From: the human T2T-CHM13v2.0 reference genome, Homo sapiens
NCBI RefSeq assembly: GCF_009914755.1
Contig: NC_060946.1
Direction: 5' to 3' (one strand)
Length of the DNA stretch: 64,000 bases
Shown: positions 1 through 14,000 of the stretch, piece by piece
Numbering within the stretch: the first letter of the stretch is position 1
Layout: each line of letters opens with the position of its first letter
Notes under the pieces: generated by a model
Database searches by the model: none
Told to the model about the DNA's origin: nothing
Seen by the model: only the letters and a program-made list of their open reading frames with translations
Position numbers and translations under genes: made by a program

Positions 1-3000
1 ACCCAGGTGATGTAACACATCTAAGTTCGGCCTAAAGGAGCTTTGTGACATATCTCTGCACTGATCACTTAGGTGATGTAACACTTTTATAATCACTGCC
101 TACAGGGAATTTTGACAAATCTCTGCACTGATCACCTAGGTGATGAAACTCTTTTCTACCCCCTGTCCAACGAGGCATTGTGAAATATCTCTGCACTGAT
201 CACCCAGGTGACTCAACTCTTGACTAGGAACTGCCTACAGAGGTTATTGTGAAATATCTCTGCACTGATAAACTAGGTGGTGTAACCCTTGTCCAAGCTC
301 TGCCTACAGGGGCGTTTCCACATATCCCTGAACTGATGACAAAGGTGATGTAACTCTTGCCTAGGCTTTGCCTACAGGGAACATTGGACATATATCTGCA
401 CTGATCACCCAGGTGATGCAACTCCTGCCTAGGCTTTGCCTACAGGGGACATTGTGACATATCTCTTCAATGATCACTCATGTGATGCATCTCTTGCCTA
501 GGCTTTGCCTGCAGGGGACATTGTGACATATCTCTGCACTGATCTCCCAGGTGCTGTAACTTTAGTCTAGGCTCTGACTACACGGCATTGTGACATATCA
601 CTGCACTGATCAACCAGGTGATATAACTCTTGTATAGGCTCTGCCTACAGGGGGATTGTGACCTACCTCTGCACTGATCACCCAGGTGATATAACTCTTC
701 TCTAGGATCTGCCTACAGGGTACTTTGTGACATATCCCTGCACTGATCACCCAGGTGATCTATCTCTGGTCTAAGCTCTGCCTAAAGGGGCATTGTGACA
801 GATCTCTGCACTGATCAGTCTGGTGATGTAAGTATTGTCTAGGCTCGGCTTCAAGGGGCCTTGTCACATATCTCTGCACTGATAACCCAGGTGATGTAAC
901 TCTTGTCTAGGCTCTGCTTACAGGGCATATTGTGACATATCTATGCACTGATCACCTTAGTGATGTAACACTTTGGTAGGCTCGGCCTACAGGGGAATCT
1001 TGACATATCTCTGCACTGTTAACCGAGGTGATTTAACTCTTGTCTAGGCTGTGCCCACAGGGGGATTGAGACATATCTCTGCACTGATCCCGAGGTGATA
1101 CAACTCTTGCCTGGTCTCTGCCTACTGTGGTCATTGTGACATATCTCTGCACTGATCTCCCAGGTGCTGTAACTTTAGTCTAGGCTCTGGCTACACGGCA
1201 TTGTGACATATCACTGCACTGATCACCCAGGCGATATAACTCTTCTCTAGGATCTGACCACAGGGTGCTTTGTGACATATCCCTGCAATGATCACCCAGG
1301 TGATATACCACTTGCCAAGGCTCTGCCTACAGGGGCATTGCAATGTATCTCTGCACTGATCACCTAGGTCTTGTAGCTATTTTCTAGGATCTGCCTACAG
1401 GGTGCTTTGTGACGTGTCCCAGCAAGGATTACCCAGGTGATGTACCTCTCATCAAGGCTCTGCCTACAGGCACATTGTGATGTATCTCTGCACTGATCAC
1501 CTAGGTCATGTAACCTTTTTCTAGGCTCTACCTACGATGGCATTGTGACATATCTCTGCACTAATCATCCAAGTGATGTAACACTTGTCTAGGATGTGCC
1601 TAAATTAACTTTTTGACATAACCCTGTACTGATCATCCAGGTGATGGAGCTTTTGTCTAGGCTCTGCCTAAGGGGGCATTGTGACATATTTCTGCATTGA
1701 TCACCCAGGTGGCGAACTCTTCTCTCGGATCTGCCTATGGGGGCATTGTGAGAAATCTCTGCACTGATAACCCAGGTGATGTAACTGTTGTGTAACCTCT
1801 GCCTACAGGAGAATTGTGAGAGATCTCGTCACTGATTACCCAAGTGATGTAACCGTTGTCTAGGCTTTGCATACAGGGAGCTCTGTGACATACCTTTGCA
1901 CTGATCACCCAGGTGATGTAACACATCTAAGTTCGGCCTAAAGGAGCTTTGTGACATATCTCTGCACTGATCACTTAGGTGATGTAACACTTTTATAATC
2001 ACTGCCTACAGGGAATTTTGACAAATCTCTGCACTGATCACCTAAGTGATGTAACTCTTGTCTACCCCCTGTCCAACGGGGCATTGTGAAATATCTCTGC
2101 ACTGATCACCCAGGTGATTCAACTCTTGACTAGGAACTGCCTACAGAGGTTATTGTGAAATATCTCTGCACTGATAAACTAGGTGGTGTAACCCTTGTCC
2201 AAGCTCTGCCTACAGGGGCGTTTCCACATATCCCTGAACTGATGACAAAGGTGATGTAACTCTTGCCTAGGCTTTGCCTACAGGGAACATTGGACCTATA
2301 TCTGCACTGATCACCCAGGTGATGCAACTCCTGCCTAGGCTTTGCCTACAGGGGACATTGTGACATATCTCTTCAATGATCACTCATGTGATGCATCTCT
2401 TGCCTAGGCTTTGCCTACAGGGGACATTGTGACATATCTCTGCACTGATCTCCCAGGTGCTGTAACTTTAGTCTAGGCTCTGGCTACACGGCATTGTGAC
2501 ATATCACTGCACTGATCAACCAGGTGATATAACTCTTGTATAGGCTCTGCCTACAGGGGGATTGTGACCTACCTCTGCACTGATCACCCAGGTGATATAA
2601 CTCTTCTCTAGGATCTGCCTACAGGGTACTTTGTGACATATCCCTGCACTGATCACCCAGGTGATCTATCTCTGGTCTAAGCTCTGCCTAAAGGGGCATT
2701 GTGACAGATCTCTGCACTGATCACTCAGGTGATGTAAGTATTGTCTAGGCTCGGCTTCAAGGGGCCTTGTCACATATCTCTGCACTGATCACCCAGGTGA
2801 TGTAACTCTTGTCTAGGCTCTGCTTCCAGGGCATATTGTGACATATCTATGCACTGATCACCTTAGTGATGTAACACTTTGGTAGGCTCGGCCTACAGGG
2901 GAATGTTGACATATCTCTGCACTGTTAACCGAGGTGATTTAACTCTTGTCTAGGCTGTGCCCACAGTGGGATTGAGACATATCTCTGCACTGATCCCGAG

Positions 3001-6000
3001 GTGATACAACTGTTGCCTGGTCTCTGCCTACTGTGGACATTGTGACATATCTCTGCACTGATCTCCCAGGTGCTGTAACTTTAGTCTAGGCTCTGGCTAC
3101 ACGGCATTGTGACATATCACTGCACTGATCACCCAGGCGATATAACTCTTCTCTAGGATCTGACCACAGGGTGCTTTGTGACATATCCCTGCAATGATCA
3201 CCCAGGTGACATACAACTTGCCAAGGCTCTGCCTACAGGGGCATTGCAATGTATCTCTGCACTGATCACCTAGGTCTTGTAGCTATTTTCTAGGATCTGC
3301 CTACAGGGTGCTTTGTGAGGTGTCCCAGCAAGGTTTACCCAGGTGATGTATCTCTCATCAAGGCTCTGCCTACAGGCACATTGTGATGTATCTCTGCACT
3401 GATCACCTAGGTCATGTAACCTTTTTCTAGGCTCTACCTACGATGGCATTGTGACATATCTCTGCACTAATCATCCAAGTGATGTAACACTTGTCTAGGA
3501 TGTGCCTAAATTAACTTTTTGACATAACCCTGTACTGATCATCCAGGTGATGGAGCTTTTGTCTAGGCTCTGCCTAAGGGGGCATTGTGACATATTTCTG
3601 CATTGATCACCCAGGTGGCGAACTCTTCTCTCGGATCTGCCTATGGGGGCATTGTGAGAAATCTCTGCACTGATAACCCAGGTGATGTAACTGTTGTGTA
3701 ACCTCTGCCTACAGGAGAATTGTGAGAGATCTCGTCACTGATTACCCAAGTGATGTAACCGTTGTCTAGGCTTTGCATACAGGGGGCTTTGTGACATACC
3801 TTTGCACTGATCACCCAGGTGATGTAACACATCTAAGTTCGGCCTAAAGGAGCTTTGTGACATATCTCTGCACTGATCACTTAGGTGATGTAACACTTTT
3901 ATAATGACTGCCTACAGGGAATTTTGACAAATCTCTGCACTGATCACCTAGGTGATGTAACTCTTGTCTACCCTCTGTCCAACGGGGCATTGTGAAATAT
4001 CTCTGCACTGATCACCCAGGTGATTCAACTCTTGACTAGGAACTGCCTACAGAGGTTATTGTGAAATATCTCTGCACTGATAAACTAGGTGGTGTAACCA
4101 TTGTCCAAGCTCTACCTACAGGGGCGTTTCCACATATCCCTGAACTGATGACAAAGGTGATGTAACTCTTGCCTAGGCTTTGCCTGCAGGGAACATTGGA
4201 CATATATCTGCACTGATCACCCAGGTGATGCAACTCTTGCCTAGGCTTTGCCTACAAGGGACATTGTGACATATCTCTTCAATGATCACTCATGTGATGC
4301 ATCTCTTGCCTAGGCTTTGCCTACAGGGGACATTGTGACATATCTCTGCACTGATCTCCCAGTTGCTGTAACTTTAGTCTAGGCTCTGGCTTCACGGCAT
4401 TGTGACATATCACTGCACTGATCAACCAGGTGATATAACTCTTGTATAGGCTCTGCCTACAGGGGGATTGTGACCTACCTCTGCACTGATCACGCAGGTG
4501 ATATAACTCTTCTCTAGTATCTTCCTACAGGGTACTTTGTGACATATCCCTGCACTGATCACCCAGGTGATCTATCTCTGGTCTAAGCTCTGCCTAAAGG
4601 GGCATTGTGACAGATCTCTGCACTGATCACTCAGGTGATGTAAGTATTGTCTAGGCTCTGCTTCAAGGGGCCTTGTCACATATCTCTGCACTGATAACCC
4701 AGGTGATGTAACTCTTGTCTAGGCTCTGCTTCCAGGGCATATTGTGACATATCTATGCACTGATCACCTTAGTGAGGTAACACTTTGGTAGGCTCGGCCT
4801 ACAGGGGAATGTTGACATATCTCTGCACTGTTAACCGAGGTGATTTAACTCTTGTCTAGGCTGTGCCCACAGTGGGATTGAGACATATCTCTGCACTGAT
4901 CCCGAGGTGATACAACTCTTGCCTGGTCTCTGCCTACTGTGGACATTGTGACATATCTCTGCACTGATCTCCCAGGTGCTGTGACTTTAGTCTAGGCTCT
5001 GGCTACACGGCATTGTGACATATCACTGCACTGATCACCCAGGCGATATAAATCTTCTCTAGGATCTGACCACAGGGTGCTTTGTGACATATCCCTGCAA
5101 TGATCACCCAGGTGACATACAACTTGCCAAGGCTCTGCCTACAGGGGCATTGCAATGTATCTCTGCACTGATCACCTAGGTCTTGTAGCTATTTTCTAGG
5201 ATCTGCCTACAGGGTGTTTTGTGAGGTGTCCCAGCAAGGTTTACCCAGGTGATGTATCTCTCATCAAGGCTCTGCCTACAGGCACATTGTGATGTATCTC
5301 TGCACTGATCACCTAGGTCATGTAACCTTTTTCTAGGCTCTACCTACGATGGCATTGTGACATATCTCTGCACTAATCATCCAAGTGATGTAACACTTGT
5401 CTAGGATGTGCCTAAATTAACTTTTTGACATAACCCTGTACTGATCATCCAGGTGATGGAGCTTTTGTCTAGGCTCTGCCTAAGGGGGCATTGTGACATA
5501 TTTCTGCATTGATCACCCAGGTGGCGAACTCTTCTCTCGGATCTGCCTATGGGGGCATTGTGAGAAATCTCTGCACTGATAACCCAGGTGATGTAACTGT
5601 TGTGTAACCTCTGCCTACAGGAGAATTGTGAGAGATCTCGTCACTGATTACCCAAGTGATGTAACCGTTGTCTAGGCTTTGCATACAGGGGGTTTTGTGA
5701 CATACCTTTGCACTGATCACCCAGGTGATGTAACACATCTAAGTTCGGCCTAAAGGAGCTTTGTGACATATCTCTGCACTGATCACTTAGGTGATGTAAC
5801 ACTTTTATAATCACTGCCTACAGGGAATTTTGACAAATCTCTGCACTGATCACCTAGGTGATGTAACTCTTGTCTACCCCCTGTCCAACGGGGCATTGTG
5901 AAATATCTCTGCACTGATCACCCAGGTGATTCAACTCTTGACTAGGAACTGCCTACAGAGGTTATTGTGAAAAATCTCTGCACTGATAAACTAGGTGGTG

Positions 6001-9000
6001 TAACACTTGTCCAAGCTCTGCCTACAGGGGCGTTTCCACATATCCCTGAACTGATGACAAAGGTGATGTAACTCTTGCCTAGGCTTTGCCTACAGGGAAC
6101 ATTGGACATATATCTGCACTGATCACCCAGGTGATGCAACTCCTGCCTAGGCTTTGCCTTCAGGGGACATTGTGACATATCTCTGCACTGATCTCCCAGG
6201 TGCTGTAACTTTAGTCTAGGCTCTGGCTACACGGCATTGTGACATATCACTGCACTGATCACCCAGTCGATATAACTCTTCTCTAGGATCTGACCACAGG
6301 GTGCTTTGTGACATATCCCTGCAATGATCACCCAGGTGATATACCACTTGCCAAGGCTCTGCCTACAGGGGCATTGCAATGTATCTCTGCACTGATCACC
6401 TAGGTCTTGTAGCTATTTTCTAGGATCTGCCTACAGGGTGCTTTGTGACGTGTCCCAGCAAGGATTACCCAGGTGATGTACCTCTCATCAAGGCTCTGCC
6501 TACAGGCACATTGTGATGTATCTCTGCACTGATCACCTAGGTCATGTAACCTTTTTCTAGGCTCTACCTACGATGGCATTGTGACATATCTCTGCACTAA
6601 TCATCCAAGTGATGTAACACTTGTCTAGGATGTGCCTAAATTAAATTTTTGACATAACCCTGTACTGATCATCCAGGTGATGGAGCTTTTGTCTAGGCTC
6701 TGCCTAAGGGGGCATTGTGACATATTTCTGCATTGATCACCCAGGTGGCGAACTCTTCTCTCGGATCTTCCTATGGGGGCATTGTGAGAAATCTCTGCAC
6801 TGATCACCCAGGTGATGTAACTGTTGTGTAACCTCTGCCTACAGGGGAATTGTGAGAGATCTCGTCACTGATTACCCAAGTGATGTAACCGTTGTCTAGG
6901 CTTTGCATACAGGGGGCTTTGTGACATACCTTTGCACTGATCACCCAGGTGATGTAACACATCTAAGTTCGGCCTAAAGGAGCTTTGTGACATATCTCTG
7001 CACTGATCACTTAGGTGATGTAACACTTTTATCATGACTGCCTACAGGGAATTTTGACAAATCTCTGCACTGATCACCTAGGTGATGTAACTCTTGTCTC
7101 CCCTCTGTCCAACGGGGCATTGTGAAATATCTCTGCACTGATCACCCAGGTGATTCAACTCTTGACTAGGAACTGCCAACAGAGGTTATTGTGAAATATC
7201 TCTGCACTGATAAACTAGGTGGTGTAACCCTTGTCCAAGCTCTGCCTACAGGGGCGTTTCCACATAGCCCTGAACTGATGACAAAGGTGATGTAACTCTT
7301 GCCTAGGCTTTGCCTACAGGGAACATTGGACATATATTTGCACTGATCACCCAGGTGATGCAACTCCTGCCTAGGCTTTGCCTACAGGGGTCATTGTGAT
7401 ATATCTCTTCAATGATCACTCATGTGATGCATCTCTTGCCTAGGCTTTGCCTACAGGGGACATTGTGACATATCTCTGCACTGATCTCCCAGGTGCTGTA
7501 ACTTTAGTCTAGGCTCTGGCTACACGGCATTGTGACATATCACTGCACTGATCAACCAGGTGATATAACTCTTGTATAGGCTATGCCTACAGGGGGATTG
7601 TGACCTACCTCTGCACTGATCACCCAGGTGATATAACTCTTCTCTAGGATCTGCCTACAGGGTACTTTGTGACATATCCCTGCACTGATCACCCAGGTGA
7701 TCTATCTCTGGTCTAAGCTCTGCCTAAAGGGGCATTGTGACAGATCTCTGCACTGATCACTCAGGTGATGTAAGTATTGTCTAGGCTCTGCTTCAAGGGG
7801 CCTTGTCACATATCTCTGCACTGATCACCCAGGTGATGTAACTCTTGTCTAGGCTCTGCTTCCAGGGCATATTGTGACATATCTATGCACTGATCACCTT
7901 AGTGATGTAACACTTTGGTAGGCTCGGCCTACAGGGGAATCTTGACATATCTCTGCACTGTTAACCGAGGTGATTTAACTCTTGTCTAGGCTGTGCCCAC
8001 AGGGGGATTGAGACATATCTCTGCAGTGATCCCGAGGTGATACAACTCTTGCCTGATCTCTGCCTACTGTGGACATTGGGACATATCTCTGCACTGATCT
8101 CCCAGGTGCTGTAACTTTAGTCTAGGCTCTGGCTACACGGCATTGTGACATATCACTGCACTGATCACCCAGGCGATATAACTCTGCTCTAGGATCTGAC
8201 CACAGGGTGCTTTGTGACATATCCCTGCAATGATCACCCAGGTTATATACCACTTGCCAAGGCTCTGCCTACAGGGGCATTGCAATGTATCTCTGCACTG
8301 ATCACCTAGGTCTTGTAGCTATTTTCTAGGATCTGCCTACAGGGTGCTTTGTGACGTGTCCCAGCAACGATTACCCAGGTGATGTACCTCTCATCAAGGC
8401 TCTGCCTACAGGCACATTGTGATGTATCTCTGCACTGATCACCTAGGTCATGTAACTTATTTCTAGGCTCTACCTACGATGGCATTGTGACATATCTCTG
8501 CACTAATCATCCAAGTGATGTAACTCTTGTCTAGGATGTGTCTAAATTAACTTTTTGACATAACCCTGTACTGATCATCCAGGTGATGGAGCTTTTGTCT
8601 AGGCTCTGCCTAAGGGGGCATTGTGACATATTTCTGCATTGATCACCCAGGTGGCGAACTCTTCTCTCGGATCTGCCTATGGGGGCATTGTGAGAAATCT
8701 CTGCACTGATCACCCAGGTGATGTAACTGTTGTGTAACCTCTGCCTACAGGGGAATTGTGAGGGATCTCGTCAATGATTACCCAAGTGATGTATCCGTTC
8801 TCTAGGCTTTGCATACAGGGGGCTTTGTGACATAACTTTGCACTGATCACCCAGGTGATGTAACACATCTACGTTCGGCCTAAAGGAGCTTTGTGACATA
8901 TCTCTGCACTGATCACTTAGGTGATGTAACACTTTTATAATCACTGCCTACAGGGAATTTTGACAAATCTCTGCACTGATCACCTAGGTGATGTAACTCT

Positions 9001-11000
9001 TGTCTACCCTCTGTCCAACGGGGCATTGTGAAATATCTCTGCACTGATCACCCAGGTGATTCAACTCTTGACTAGGAACTGCCTACAGAGGTTATTGTGA
9101 AATATCTCTGCACTGATAAACTAGGTGGTGTAACCCTTGTCCAAGCTCTGCCTACAGGGGCGTTTTCACATATCCATGAACTGATGACAAAGGTGATGTA
9201 ACTCTTGCCTAGGCTTTGCCTACAAGGGACATTGTGACATATCTCTTCAACGATCACTCATGTGATGCATCTCTTGCCTAGGCTTTGCCTACAGGGGACA
9301 TTGTGACATATCTCTGCACTGATCTCCCAGTTGCTGTAACTTTAGTCTAGGCTCTGGCTACACGGCATTGTGACATATCACTGCACTGATCAACCAGGTG
9401 ATATAACTCTTGTATAGGCTCTGCCTACAGGGGGATTGTGACCTACCTCTGCACTGATCACGCAGGTGATATAACTCTTCTCTAGTATCTTCCTACAGGG
9501 TACTTTGTGACATATCCCTGCACTGATCACCCAGGTGATCTATCTCTGGTCTAAGCTCTGCCTAAAGGGGCATTGTGACAGATCTCTGCACTGATCACTC
9601 AGGTGATGTAAATATTGTCTAGGCTCTGCTTCAAGGGGCCTTGTCACATATCTCTGCACTGATCACCCAGGTGATGTAACTCTTGTCTAGGCTCTGCTTC
9701 CAGGGCATATTGTGACATATCTATGCACTGATCACCTTAGTGATTTAACACTTTGGTAGGCTCGGCCTACAGGGGAATGTTGACATATCTCTGCACTGTT
9801 AACCGAGGTGATTTAACTCTTGTCTAGGCTGTGCCCACAGTGGGATTGAGACATATCTCTGCACTGATCCCGAGGTGATACAACTATTGCCTGGTCTCTG
9901 CCTACTGTGGACATTGTGACATATCTCTGCACTGATCTCCCAGGTGCTGTAACTTTAGTCTAGGCTCTGGCTACACGGCATTGTGACATATCACTGCACT
10001 GATCACCCAGGCGATATAACTCTTCTCTAGGATCTGACCACAGGGTGCTTTGTGACATATCCCTGCAATGATCACCCAGGTGACATACAACTTGTCAAGG
10101 CTCTGCCTACAGGGGCATTGCAATGTATCTCTGCACTGATCACCTAGGTCTTGTAGCTATTTTCTAGGATCTGCCTACAGGGTGCTTTGTGAGGTGTCCC
10201 AGCAAGGTTTACCCAGGTGATGTATCTCTCATCAAGGCTCTGCCTACAGGCACATTGTGATGTATCTCTGCACTGATCACCTAGGTCATGTAACCTTTTT
10301 CTAGGCTCTACCAACGATGGCATTGTGACATATCTCTGCACTAATCATCCAAGTGATGTAACACTTGTCTAGGATTTGCCTAAATTAACTTTTTGACATA
10401 ACCCTGTACTGATCATCCAGGTGATGGAGCTTTTGTCTAGGCTCTGCCTAAGGGGGCATTGTGACATATTTCTGCATTGATCACCCAGGTGGCGAACTCT
10501 TCTCTCGGATCTGCCTATGGGGGCATTGTGAGAAATCTCTGCACTGATAACCCAGGTGATGTAACTGTTGTGTAACCTCTGCCTACAGGAGAATTGTGAG
10601 AGATCTCGTCACTGATTACCCAAGTGATGTAACCGTTGTCTAGGCTTTGCATACAGGGGGTTTTGTGACATACCTTTGCACTGATCACCCAGGTGATGTA
10701 ACACATCTAAGTTCGGCCTAAAGGAGCTTTGTGACATATCTCTGCACTGATCACTTAGGTGATGTAACACTTTTATAATCACTGCCTACAGGGAATTTTG
10801 ACAAATCTCTGCACTGATCACCTAGGTGATGTAACTCTTGTCTACCCCCTGTCCAACGGGGCATTGTGAAATATCTCTGCACTGATCACCCAGGTGATTC
10901 AACTCTTGACTAGGAACTGCCTACAGAGGTTATTGTGAAATATCTCTGCACTGGTAAACTAGGTGGTGTAAACCTTGTCCAAGCTCTGCCTACACGGGCG
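1..11000 (-). repeat. HOR subfamily A, lineage A1 (units of 1906, 1906, 1906, 1224, 1906, 1838 bp)
   Basis: Landmarks at 224, 2130, 4036, 5942, 7166, 9072, 10910. Diagnostic variants: 'gatctatctctgg', 'ccgtt', 'ttgcatacagg'. The 'cctacaatgg' monomer is absent. Confidence 0.85.
224..2129 (-). repeat. Representative 28-monomer HOR unit (1906 bp), subfamily A
   Basis: The landmark 'ctaggaactgcctacagagg' occurs at 224, 2130, 4036 and 5942 (spacing 1906 = ~28 x 68). The repeated spurious ORFs show the same period. Confidence 0.93.
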
Positions 11001-14000
11001 TTTCCACATATCCCTGAACTGACGACAAAGGTGATGTAACTCTTGCCTAGGCTTTGCCTACAGGGGACATTGGACATATATCTGCACTGATCACCCAGGT
11101 GATGCAACTCTTGCCTAGGCTTTGCCTACAGGGGACACTGTGACATATCTCTTCAATGATCACTCGTGTGATGCATCTCTTGCCTAGGCTTTGCCAACAG
11201 GGGACATTGTGACATATCTCTGCAGTGATCTCCCTGGTACTGTAACTTTAGTCTAGGCTCTGGCTACACGGCATTGTGACATATCACTGCACTGATCAAC
11301 CAGGTGATATAACTCTTGTATAGGCTCTGCCTACAGGGGGATTGTGACCTACCTCTGCACTGATCACCCAGGTGATATAACTCTTCTCTAGGATCTGCCT
11401 ACAGGGTGCTTTGTGACATATCACTGCACTGATCACCCAGGTGACCTAACTCTGGTCTAAGCTCTCCCTAAAGGGGCATTGTGACAGATCTCTGCACTGA
11501 TCACTCAGGTGATGTAACTATTGTCTAGGCGCTGCTTAAAGGGGCCTTGTCACATATCCCTGCACTGATCACCCAGGTGATGTAACTCTTGTCTAGGCTC
11601 TGCTTCCAGGGCATATTGTGACATAACTATGCACTGATCACCTTAGTGATGTAACACTTGTGTAGGCTCGGCCTACAGAGGAATCTTGACATATCTCTGC
11701 ACTGTTAAACGAGGTGATTTAACTCTTGTCTAGGCTGTGCCCACAGGGGGATTGAGACATATCTCTGCACTGATCCCGAGGTGATCCAACTCTTGCCTGG
11801 TCTCTGCCTACTGGGGACATTGTGACATATCTCTGCACTGATCTCCCAGGTTCTGTAAATTTTGTCTAGGCTCTGGCTACAAGGCATTGTGACATATCAC
11901 TGCACTGATCACCCAGGCGATACAACTCTTGTCTAGGCTCTGCCTACAATGGTTTTGTGACATGTCTCTGCACTGATCACCCAGGTGATATAACTCTTCT
12001 CTAGGATCTGACCACGGGGTGCTTTGTGACATATCCCTGCAATGATCACCCAGATGATATACCACTTGCCAAGGCTCTGCTTACAGGGGCATTGCAATGT
12101 ATCTCTGCACTGATCACCTAGGTCTTGTAGCTATTTTCTAGGATCTGCCTACAGGGTGCTTTGTGACGTGTCCCTGCAAGGATTACCCTGGTGATTTACC
12201 GCTCATCAAGGATCTGCCTACAGGCACATAGCGATATATCTCTGCACTGATCACCTAGGTCATGTAACTTTTGTCTAGGCTCTACCTACGATGGCATTGT
12301 GACATATCTCTGCACTAATCATCCAAGTGATGTAACACTTGTCTAGGATGTGCCTAAATTAACTTTTTGACATAACCCTGTACTGATCATCCAGGTGATG
12401 GGGCTTTTGTCTAGGCTCTGCCTAAGGGGGCATTGTGACATATTTCTGCATTGATCACCCAGGTGGCGAATCCTTCTCTCGGATCTGCCTATGGGGGCAT
12501 TGTGAGAAATCTCTGCACTGATCACCCAGGTGATGTAACTGTTGTGTAACCTCTGCCTACAGGGGAATTGTGAGAGATCTCGCCACTGATTACCCAAGTG
12601 ATGTAACCATTGTCTAGGCTTTGCGTACAGGGGGCTTTGTGACATACCTTTGCACTGATCACCCAGGTGATGTAACACATCTAAGTTCGGCCTAAAGGAG
12701 CTTTGTGACACATCTCTGCACTGATCACTTAGGTGATGTAACACTTTTATAATCACTGCCCACAGGGAATTTTGACAAATCTCTGCACTGATTACCTAGG
12801 TGATGTAACTCTTGACTTCCCTCTGTCCAACGGGGCATTGTGAAATATCTCTGCACTGAACACCCAAGTGATTCAACTCTTGACTAGGAACTGCCTACAG
12901 AGGTTATTGTGAAATATCTCTGCACTGATAAACTAGGTTGTGTAACCCTTGTCCAAGCTCTGCCTACAGGGGCGTTTCCACATATCCCTGAACTGATGAC
13001 AAAGGTGATGTAACACTTGCCTAGGCTTTGCCTACAGGGGTCATTGGACATATATCTGCACTGATCACCCAGGTGATGCAACTCTTGCCTAGGCTTTGCC
13101 TACAGGGGACACTGTGACATATCTCTTCAATGATCACTCATGTGATGCATCTCTTGCCTAGGCTTTGCCAACAGGGGACATTGTGACATATCGCTACACT
13201 GATCTCCCTGGTACTGTAACTTTAGTCTAGGCTCTGGCTACACGGCATTGTGACATATCACTGCACTGATCAACCAGGTGATATAACTCTTGTATAGGCT
13301 CTGCCTACAGGGGGATTGTGACCTACCTCTGCACTGATCACCCAGGTGATATAACTCTTCTCTAGGATCTGCCTACAGGGTGCTTTGTGACATATCCCTG
13401 CACTGATCTCCCAGGTGACCTAACTCTGGTCTAAGCTCTGCCTAAAGGGGCATTGTGACAGATCTCTGCACTGATCACTCAGGTGATGTAACTATTGTCT
13501 AGGCTCTGCTTAAAGGGGCCTTGTCACATATCCCTGCACTGATCACCCAGGTGATGTAACTCTTGTCTAGGCTCTGCTTCCAGGGCATATTGTGACATAA
13601 CTATGCACTGACCACCTTAGTGATGTAACACTTGTGTAGGCTCGGCCTACAGAGGAATCTTGACATATCTCTGCCCTGTTAAACGAGGTGATTTAACTCT
13701 TGTCTAGGCTGTGCCCACAGGGGGATTGAGACATATCTCTGCACTGATCCTGAGGTGATCCAACTCTTGCCTGGTCTCTGCCTACTGGGGACATTGTGAC
13801 ATATCTCTGCACTGATCTCCCAGGTGCTGTAAATTTTGTCTAGGCTCTGGCTACACAGCATTGTGACTTATCACTGCACTGATCACCCAGGCGATACAAC
13901 TCTTGTCTAGGCTCTGCCTACAATGGTCTTGTGACATATCTCTGCACTGATCACCCAGGTGATATAACTCTTCTCTAGGATCTGACCACGGGGTTCTTTG

